A DNA stretch of 24,000 bases from Salinivibrio siamensis (GTDB taxonomy: Bacteria > Pseudomonadota > Gammaproteobacteria > Enterobacterales > Vibrionaceae), in assembly GCF_001996005.1 (NCBI RefSeq), contig NZ_MUFB01000002.1:1-24000 (forward strand). The letters are read 5' to 3'. Of this stretch, positions 17,668 through 24,000 are shown one piece after another; within the stretch, counting starts at the first letter, position 1, and every line of letters starts with the position of its first letter. Position numbers and translations under genes: made by a program. Under the pieces are notes generated by a model. The model had not been told where the DNA came from. It did no database searches and worked only from the letters and a program-made list of their open reading frames with translations.

Positions 17668-19548
17668 ATGCAGTTATCACTAAAACAAAAATTAATTGGG
17701 GCATGCTTATCTGCTGTATTGCTGATGGCCGCCTTTCTCACCTGGCTTGCTGTAAGCCAAATTCAAGCCCAAACCCAGTCGAGCATCTATAGCCGCGTCA
17801 GTGGTATCGCCGATGCGGCGACCGAATCGATCAGCGGTTGGGTGCAAATCCGTGCTGATATCACCAGTGCCTTTACCGATTACACCAGCAGTAGCCGTCG
17901 TGTGAGCTATTTGCAGCAAGCGCGTGAGGCCGGTGGGTTTGACGATATCTACTTTGGCACCCCCAAAGGTGCCATGTATCGCTCGCGTCCTGAGCGCAAC
18001 CGCGATGATTATGACCCTCGCGTCCGCCCGTGGTACAAGCAAGCGGTGAGCGAAGGTAGCCCGATTATTACCACTGCTTACAGTGATGCGATTACCGGTG
18101 CGATGCTGGTGACCTTGGCCGAGCCGGTGCGTCGTAATGGCGAATTAATCGGTGTGGTGGGCGCAGATGTGTTGATTGACCAGTTGATCCGTGACGTGAC
18201 CCAATTAAAAGTGGGCAAAAATGCGAATGCGATGCTGCTAGGTGCTGATGGCACTTTTCTCGCTCACAAAGACAAAGCGCGCCTGCTAAAACCGTATCGC
18301 AGCCTGTCTCCTGAGCTGAATGAAAACCGCGTGCGTCAGGCGTTGGCACAGCAATCGCTGGTGGAACTGCCTGTCGATGGCGTTGATAAACTGTTTTATT
18401 TTGCCTCGGTTCCTAACACCGATTGGGTACTGGCGATTGAGCTGGATAAGCGCACTGAATACGCCAGCCAGCGTGATACCTTGTTCGACCTGATGCTGAC
18501 CGCGGTGGTGATCACTTTGCTGGTGGCCGGTGCCGTGACGTGGTTGATGCACGTGTTGTTCCGTGACTTGCTCAATGTATCCGCCGCGCTAGAAGAAATT
18601 GCCTCCGGTGAAGGGGACTTAACCCAGCGCCTTGAGCCACACAGTAATGATGAAATTGGCAAACTTGCTAACAACTTCAATCGCTTTGTCGGCAACATGC
18701 ACACTATGGTGTCGCACTTACGTCAGCTGTCTGGCTCGCTCAAGCAACAAGCCGAGCTGACCGCAGCACAAGCGGAAGAGCGCTCCACCCGGATTGGTCA
18801 TCAGCAAGATGAAATCAATATGGTGGCGACCGCTATCCATGAAATGGCCTCGGCGACCCAAGATATTGCCGGCAATGCCGATAATACCGCGCGCACCGCC
18901 CAAGAGACTGAAAGCGTTGCCAACGATGGCGGCCAGCAAGTGGAGCAAAGTAAGCACTCGATCACCGAGCTTGCCCGTGAAGTAGAAGCGGCGACCGGTG
19001 TGATTGGTGAGCTGGATCAGCATGCGCACAGCATCACCAGCATCTTGTCGACCATTCAAGAAGTGGCCGAGCAAACTAATCTGCTGGCATTGAATGCCGC
19101 GATTGAAGCAGCACGCGCCGGTGAGCATGGCCGTGGCTTTGCGGTGGTAGCCGATGAAGTACGGATATTGAGCCAGCGTACCCATGCTTCAACCACCGAA
19201 ATTCAGCAAATGATTGATACCTTGCAGCAGGCAACCGGTCGCGCGGTGACTATGATGCAAGATAGCCAGCAACGTGCGCATGCGAGTGTGGAAGATGCCA
19301 GTGCGGCGAACGAAAGCTTGAGCCAGATTGTCGCGGCGGTGAGCCAAATTAGCGATATGGCCACCCAAATTGCTTCGGCAGCGGAAGAGCAATCGAGCGT
19401 CACCGCGGAGATCACCCGTAACTCAGAGGGCATTCGCGATGTGTCCAATGAGCTATCGACCGAAGCGGATGAAGCCGCGCGTCAAGCCGCGACGTTATCC
19501 GAGCTTTCTCATAGCCTCGAGCAAGAGATCAGCCGCTTTAAGCTGTAA
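17668..19548 (+). CDS. Methyl-accepting chemotaxis protein with periplasmic dCache_1 sensor (626 aa)
   Basis: Start set at the ATG at 17668. Layout is TM1, a roughly 250-aa periplasmic region carrying the YDPRVRPWY Cache motif, TM2, HAMP, then the signalling hairpin [32 protein letters not shown]. Confidence 0.92.
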   Translation: MQLSLKQKLIGACLSAVLLMAAFLTWLAVSQIQAQTQSSIYSRVSGIADAATESISGWVQIRADITSAFTDYTSSSRRVSYLQQAREAGGFDDIYFGTPKGAMYRSRPERNRDDYDPRVRPWYKQAVSEGSPIITTAYSDAITGAMLVTLAEPVRRNGELIGVVGADVLIDQLIRDVTQLKVGKNANAMLLGADGTFLAHKDKARLLKPYRSLSPELNENRVRQALAQQSLVELPVDGVDKLFYFASVPNTDWVLAIELDKRTEYASQRDTLFDLMLTAVVITLLVAGAVTWLMHVLFRDLLNVSAALEEIASGEGDLTQRLEPHSNDEIGKLANNFNRFVGNMHTMVSHLRQLSGSLKQQAELTAAQAEERSTRIGHQQDEINMVATAIHEMASATQDIAGNADNTARTAQETESVANDGGQQVEQSKHSITELAREVEAATGVIGELDQHAHSITSILSTIQEVAEQTNLLALNAAIEAARAGEHGRGFAVVADEVRILSQRTHASTTEIQQMIDTLQQATGRAVTMMQDSQQRAHASVEDASAANESLSQIVAAVSQISDMATQIASAAEEQSSVTAEITRNSEGIRDVSNELSTEADEAARQAATLSELSHSLEQEISRFKL

Positions 19549-19566
19549 CCCATAAACGACGTAAAT

Positions 19567-19604
19567 GCCGGGCATGGCAGCGCGCTGTGCTCGGCGTTTT
19601 TTTG
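19567..19604 (+). terminator. Rho-independent terminator of the chemoreceptor gene
   Basis: Stem gccgggca (19567-19574) pairs with tgctcggc (19588-19595), with one G-U pair and further inner pairs. A T7 run follows at 19597-19603. Confidence 0.8.
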
Positions 19605-19605
19605 T

Positions 19606-20295
19606 TCACGCGTTTGACGTCAGCATCTTGGGGGCGGGGAGCGGTGTGGTGTGATGGTGGCGATCGGCCTCGTAACTCTCCATAAAGTGGGCAAGAAAAT
19701 GGTCCAGCTGCGTAGCGGCGTTCACGTCGCCTTGGCTTCGTAGTAATGCACTCACCGCTTCACTGGTACACAGGTGTCCCGGTGGCTGGTTGCGCCTGAG
19801 CGTATATTGCGAGTCGGCTGTCGACGGCAAACTGACCCGAGGCAGACCATTGAGCCACGGACTTTTATTGAGCATTTTTCGCGCCTGCTGCCAAGTGGCA
19901 TCCAGCACCACAAACTGTAACGGCGCGCGAGGTGCATTGGTGGCGGCTAACGTCTCTGCGCAAGAAGCTGAACTATCCGCGCAAGAGACAGGCCGAACCG
20001 CGTCAGCAAATAGCCTATCGGCGGGGACGGCATCATCACAGGGAAACAACAACCAAGGTGACACATCACCGCGCGCCCAGCTGTCGAGCAAGGCTTGCGG
20101 TGGTTGTTTGCGTTGCCAAATCTCTATCTGAGTGTGGGGCAGCGCCGCTTTAACCAGTTTGCCGGTGTTGGATTGGCGCGCCGCTTCGTTTTCGTGCATC
20201 ACCAGCACGCATTGCAATTGGCTTTCCAGCAGCCAATAGCAGTGACAGATACAGTGATAGGTAAAACCGCATTGGCGGCAGGGCAAACGGGCCAT
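19606..20295 (-). CDS. DTW-domain protein (TapT/TuaA-like tRNA-uridine aminocarboxypropyltransferase family, 229 aa)
   Basis: N-terminal Cys cluster CRQCGF..HCICHC, an SNTGKL block, and the eponymous VVLDATWQQARKM (D-x-T-W) motif. Length is close to E. coli YfiP. GAGGAG SD upstream. Orthology to the acp3U47 enzyme is not proven. Confidence 0.85.
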   Translation of the reverse strand: MARLPCRQCGFTYHCICHCYWLLESQLQCVLVMHENEAARQSNTGKLVKAALPHTQIEIWQRKQPPQALLDSWARGDVSPWLLFPCDDAVPADRLFADAVRPVSCADSSASCAETLAATNAPRAPLQFVVLDATWQQARKMLNKSPWLNGLPRVSLPSTADSQYTLRRNQPPGHLCTSEAVSALLRSQGDVNAATQLDHFLAHFMESYEADRHHHTTPLPAPKMLTSNA

Positions 20296-20382
20296 CAGAC
20301 TCTCCTCAAGGTGTCAGGTTGCTATTGTGCGCAAGTCCGACAAGGAATGCGAGCCCGTGTGCCAAGGGCGCGCGCGTCTACG

Positions 20383-21885
20383 TTATTCTTCTCCCAATAC
20401 CGCCCCTTGTTGGGTGGCATAGATGCCATCGGCAAACAAGGGCATGTCTGAGCCATCCGGTTTAGGTGCGCGAGGCGCAGTGCTGGGGTTGAGTGGATAA
20501 CGCTGCCCATCAAATCGCATCACATGGTGGCCGGCAGGCGCACCACCGCCACCGACCGGCACGACCAAATCATGCCAACCTTTGTTTTGGCTGCGTGCTA
20601 ATAAAAGGGGCACATGCACCAGTGTCATGCGGCTATTAAACTGCCAGCCTTGCGCGTCGCCTTTAAACACCAATAAGGTGCAGCCGCCACTGCCACAGCT
20701 GTCGGTCAAGACCAATAGCTCAGCTTGCCCGTCTTGATTGAGGTCGTGGGTAAGCCAGCGATAAGTGAGAGGGCCGGTTTGGCCATTATCGCTAAGGTAG
20801 TCTTTGAGTGCTTTCTCAACGCGCGGGTTTTTCTCGGCGCTGCCTTTCATGCCGGTTTGGTTCGATACGTTCACGGCATCCCCGACTTTGAGCCTCAGCG
20901 TTAAGCCGTCGTGACCTAATGAGTAGGTGTTGCCATTAAAGGTTTCCTCGGAGGCGGAGAGGGTAAACCCGTTACGTGTATATATGCGCTCAGACACCAC
21001 CATTTGCTCGCCACTGCGGGTGGTGAGTACCTGGACTTGGTTCTCCCCGACTGGCTGCCAAATCCCGGTTTCTTTGGTCACCGCTTCCCCTTGTGGGTGG
21101 TAGCTGGTGATGGCGCTATGATCGGGCAGCAACGTCAGTTTGGTGGTCAGTGTCGGTTGGCCGGGCGACTGGCTGGTACCTTGGTATTCTCCCGCCCAAT
21201 GCTGACTGGTATCCACGGAAGGTAAGATCGCACACCCTTGGTAAGTGCCTTTCGCCGTTTTTAAGCGTGCTTGCCAGCCATAGAGGGTGTTGGCGCTTTG
21301 TTGGCAGCCTTGGGCGCTAAGCGTTAAAGCGGCTTGTTGAGCATGGAATTGTGCCTGCTCTTGGCTCATGCTTTGTCCGCTGAGCGGGCGCTCTTGTGAG
21401 TCTTGCTCGCTTTCCCATGCCAGATGCCCTTGGCCGACAGCGGCTGACCAGGTGGTAGGGGTCTGGCCTTCCGCCAACAAGGTATTACGCGGTTGTGCGC
21501 ATCCCTCTAATTCGCTGGTGAGCATATTTAAGCGGGTCATGGTCACCGCAGCAGGGTAGTCGGCACTGTACCCGCGGCGTGACACAGGTGTGAAATAGCC
21601 CTCAAACTCACTGTATACCGGACCGGACTGCTGCGATAAGGTCGCGCGTTGGTCAGCGGTTAAATCAAGCCAGTACTGTTTTTGACTGCCGCACGGCGTG
21701 AAGCTGGCCGTTTCTGGGCTGACAGAGATGCGGCCGGTTTGCATAAAAGGTTGCGGCGTGTGAACCAAGCCGGTTGAAACCTTGTCGCTACGATGGCCCA
21801 GCTCTACCGGACCAGAGGTGCTACCGCACCCGGCGAGGGCAAGCAAACTCATCGAGGCGATGATAAGGGGACGAAGAGATGGCAC
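20383..21885 (-). CDS. Multi-domain lipoprotein of unknown function (500 aa)
   Basis: Start moved from the track's 21975 to the GTG at 21885, which has a strong AAGGAG SD 6 nt upstream. This gives (M)PSLRPLIIASMSLLALAG|C, a classical lipobox L-A-G-C. The mature protein has an NlpE-N-like segment (YQGT...KLTLLPDHS...GIWQP...VQVL) and a C-terminal DLNQDGQAELLVL..CGSGGC module. Domain calls are by eye. Confidence 0.75.
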   Translation of the reverse strand: MPSLRPLIIASMSLLALAGCGSTSGPVELGHRSDKVSTGLVHTPQPFMQTGRISVSPETASFTPCGSQKQYWLDLTADQRATLSQQSGPVYSEFEGYFTPVSRRGYSADYPAAVTMTRLNMLTSELEGCAQPRNTLLAEGQTPTTWSAAVGQGHLAWESEQDSQERPLSGQSMSQEQAQFHAQQAALTLSAQGCQQSANTLYGWQARLKTAKGTYQGCAILPSVDTSQHWAGEYQGTSQSPGQPTLTTKLTLLPDHSAITSYHPQGEAVTKETGIWQPVGENQVQVLTTRSGEQMVVSERIYTRNGFTLSASEETFNGNTYSLGHDGLTLRLKVGDAVNVSNQTGMKGSAEKNPRVEKALKDYLSDNGQTGPLTYRWLTHDLNQDGQAELLVLTDSCGSGGCTLLVFKGDAQGWQFNSRMTLVHVPLLLARSQNKGWHDLVVPVGGGGAPAGHHVMRFDGQRYPLNPSTAPRAPKPDGSDMPLFADGIYATQQGAVLGEE

Positions 21886-21981
21886 GAAAAACTCCTTGTA
21901 CTGAGCGAGAGTAGGCAGGCTTGCGCCCTGAATGCAGGCAGGGCAAGATTGCCGCCACCATCCGATTAAGAGCAAGCTAGC

Positions 21982-22437
21982 ATGAGTTATTGGTTATTTA
22001 AAACAGAGCCAGATACCTTTTCGATAGACACACTAAAACAGCAAAAGGTTTCATGCTGGGAAGGGGTGCGCAATTATCAAGCGCGTAATATGCTGCGTGA
22101 TGAGGTCAAAGTGGGCGATGAGGTGCTGATTTATCATTCCTCGTGCAAACAAGTGGGTGTCGCCGGTGTGGCGACCGTGGTCCGCGCCCGTTATCCCGAT
22201 CATACCCAATTTGAGCCAGATAGCGGCTACTTTGATCCGAAAGCCACACCTGAAACCCCACGTTGGTTTATGGTGGATGTGGAATATCAGCGTCATGTGC
22301 CACTGATTAAGTTGGCTGAAATGAAACAAAACCCGGCGCTGGCCGAGATGCCGTTAGTGAAAAAAGGTAACCGACTGAATGTGATGCCGGTTACCGCAGC
22401 GCAATGGCAGGCGATCCTGGCGATGGCGGGGGAATAG
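21982..22437 (+). CDS. EVE-domain (PUA-like, DUF55) protein (151 aa)
   Basis: The family hallmarks are YWLFKTEP at the N-terminus, W.GVRNYQARN, and GD.VLIYHS....VGVA.V. Size is typical of stand-alone bacterial EVE proteins. Confidence 0.85.
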   Translation: MSYWLFKTEPDTFSIDTLKQQKVSCWEGVRNYQARNMLRDEVKVGDEVLIYHSSCKQVGVAGVATVVRARYPDHTQFEPDSGYFDPKATPETPRWFMVDVEYQRHVPLIKLAEMKQNPALAEMPLVKKGNRLNVMPVTAAQWQAILAMAGE

Positions 22438-22484
22438 TGCATCGCCATCAGGCGCCTGTTGGCTCACGGTGTGAGCCAGGTCGC

Positions 22485-23294
22485 TTATAAAAGTGAGTCT
22501 AATAGGTGCGCTTTCAAATAGCGCGCCACCGCTTCATCAGCATGACTACCAATAATGGCTTTATCTGAGAGGGTGGCCTTGACGCGCGCTTGTGCGGTGG
22601 CCATTACCAAGCCTTGTCCGGCGGCACGTAGCATTTCGACATCGTTCATGCCATCGCCAAACGCGATACAGTCTGCCAAGTTGAGCTGATGACGACGCGC
22701 CACTTCCTCTAACGCGGCGCCTTTGGACACCCCATTGCCCATTACTTCCAGGCAGAATGGCGTCGAAAATGCCACGCTGATGTTCTCGCCATACTGCGAC
22801 AAAAACTGATGCTCGTATTTGAGTAGATGGTCGTGATCGTGGCGAATAAAGAAAATCTTCGCGATGTTATCGACCGGTGGGTTGTCCACATCAAACTCCT
22901 GGGCGTTAAAGCCAGAGTCTTTATGATAGCGGGCGAGCTCTTCATCCATTTTGCTCAGCAGCCAGTCATTATCGCGGTAGAGGTGAATGGTGACGGTCGG
23001 ATCCTGCTTCACCTCGTTAATCAGGTTGGCAACAATCTCAGGGTCAACATTGTGTTGGAATACCAAGTTGTCATCACTGTCATGCACGCGTGCGCCATTG
23101 GAGGTGATCATGTATGCAGGAATGCCAACGGTTTCACGAATGCTCGCTACGTCAACATGATGACGACCCGTGGCAAACACAAAATGGATGCCTTGCTGGT
23201 GCAGTTGTTCCAACACCTGTTTGGTATAGGGCGCGATACTGTGCTCTGGGGTGAGCAGGGTACCATCGAGATCGGAAGCGACGAGTTTGTACAT
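22485..23294 (-). CDS. yigL: Cof-type HAD-IIB sugar/pyridoxal phosphatase (269 aa)
   Basis: MYKLVASDLDGTLL (DxD nucleophile motif), FVFATGRHHVDV, MITSNGARVHD and IAFGDGMNDVEML align with E. coli YigL. The second ATG (23294) is preferred for SD spacing (GAGGA). It lies immediately downstream of pldB, as in E. coli. Confidence 0.88.
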   Translation of the reverse strand: MYKLVASDLDGTLLTPEHSIAPYTKQVLEQLHQQGIHFVFATGRHHVDVASIRETVGIPAYMITSNGARVHDSDDNLVFQHNVDPEIVANLINEVKQDPTVTIHLYRDNDWLLSKMDEELARYHKDSGFNAQEFDVDNPPVDNIAKIFFIRHDHDHLLKYEHQFLSQYGENISVAFSTPFCLEVMGNGVSKGAALEEVARRHQLNLADCIAFGDGMNDVEMLRAAGQGLVMATAQARVKATLSDKAIIGSHADEAVARYLKAHLLDSLL

Positions 23295-23395
23295 CATGTC
23301 CTCATTAGTTAGGCGATCACAATCACAGTATGTTTGAGTCTACTGCAACTGACGACGGTGAAAAAGGGAACCCTCTCACTGAGCGATTTCCGCTT

Positions 23396-24000
23396 TTAGT
23401 GTTGGCTCTGACGTTGAAAAAAATCATCGATGGCCGTGAACGCTGCCAGCCGATGTGTATCGGTTTCAAACAAGATTTCATGTCGTGAGCCTTGAAAAAA
23501 CTGCCATTGACTCGGCTGATTGGCTTGCCGGCGTAAAAAATGGAACTCGGCCACCGCGGGATTAGACACAATCTGCTCGCCGCCAGCTTGGCAAATGAGT
23601 GTCGGAGTGGCCAATTGGGGGGCGATGGCTAAGCAGTGCTGGGCTGCGGCCATTCCCTCTGCAATCCAGCGAGCGCTAGGTCCGCCGATCTGCAGTTGAG
23701 GTTGGTTGATGTAGAGCTGACGAAACCAGGCATACCGTGCGCGAGAATGGGTCAGGCGGTTTTGCTCAAACGGCACATGACGATAGCCAACTTGTCCGGG
23801 CCCAAACCGTGGTGGATGCTGATAGCGCGCCAGCGAACGACACAACCAAGGCGCGATACGTCCAAGCCACGGGCTGACGTGCACGCCAAACATCGGCGCG
23901 GTCATTGCAAGCCCGTCTATCGCGTGGGGAAATCGATGCGCATAGAGTGCGGCGATGGCCCCGCCCATAGAGTGGGCGAGCATAAAGGTATGGTCGTACT
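23396..24000 (-). CDS. pldB: Lysophospholipase L2, C-terminal part (gene continues beyond the window end)
   Basis: The frame stays open to position 24000. The AHSMGG nucleophile elbow (GxSxG variant) of alpha/beta hydrolases lies near the window end. The pldB-yigL order is conserved with E. coli. The track's Met at 23983 is internal, not the start. Confidence 0.82.
   Translation of the reverse strand, partial: YDHTFMLAHSMGGAIAALYAHRFPHAIDGLAMTAPMFGVHVSPWLGRIAPWLCRSLARYQHPPRFGPGQVGYRHVPFEQNRLTHSRARYAWFRQLYINQPQLQIGGPSARWIAEGMAAAQHCLAIAPQLATPTLICQAGGEQIVSNPAVAEFHFLRRQANQPSQWQFFQGSRHEILFETDTHRLAAFTAIDDFFQRQSQH

Noticed and set aside
20344-20365. Sigma-54-like TGGCAC...CGCA element on the minus strand upstream of the DTW gene
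   Set aside because: The GG-to-GC spacing is off by one nucleotide from the strict TGGCAC-N5-TTGC geometry, and the -12 element reads CTCGCA, not TTGCA. No enhancer-binding-protein gene is nearby.
22459-22479. Hairpin tggctcac-ggt-gtgagcca between convergent EVE and yigL genes, considered as a bidirectional terminator
   Set aside because: The stem is good (8 bp), but there is no U-tract on either strand. It may still help 3'-end formation, but I cannot call it an intrinsic terminator.
1-24000. Scan for CRISPR repeats, tandem or long direct repeats, IS inverted repeats, integrase/transposase/phage genes, TA pairs and tRNA/rRNA
   Set aside because: I recognised nothing of the kind by eye. Every ORF of 100 aa or more outside the annotated genes is an antisense or overlapping shadow frame. 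A computational repeat search, tRNAscan and Infernal would be needed to exclude small elements.

Overview
This window looks like ordinary core chromosome from a gammaproteobacterium, probably Vibrionaceae. That placement is a family-level guess from protein similarity and gene order, not a computed result. I call 21 protein-coding genes: gor, prlC, gppA-rhlB, trxA-rho, a secreted orphan, ubiD, fre, an EamA/DMT transporter, uspA, ftnA, uspB, an MscS-family channel, a yhiN-family flavoprotein, a dCache_1 chemoreceptor, a DTW-domain gene, a 500-aa lipoprotein, an EVE-domain gene, yigL, and pldB (3' part, truncated by the window end). Most gene ends have clear rho-independent terminators. Two conserved E. 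coli neighbourhoods are interleaved here: gor/prlC/uspA/uspB/yhiN, and gppA/rhlB/trxA/rho/ubiD/fre/pldB/yigL. I saw no rRNA, tRNA, CRISPR array, IS element, integrase, phage gene, toxin-antitoxin pair or recognisable defence gene. I cannot support a claim that the window holds a new multi-gene system. The parts worth a second look are: (1) the poorly understood cluster at 19.6-22.4 kb, an EVE reader-like protein divergent from a lipoprotein-DTW operon with an imperfect dyad in the shared promoter; (2) a perfect 11-bp hairpin that buries the uspB Shine-Dalgarno in the 52-bp ftnA-uspB gap; (3) a secreted helical-repeat orphan between rho and ubiD; (4) two unusually structured non-coding stretches, at the left edge next to gor and in the 238-nt region upstream of the chemoreceptor. 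All family assignments come from reading motifs and remembered homolog sequences. No database search was run.
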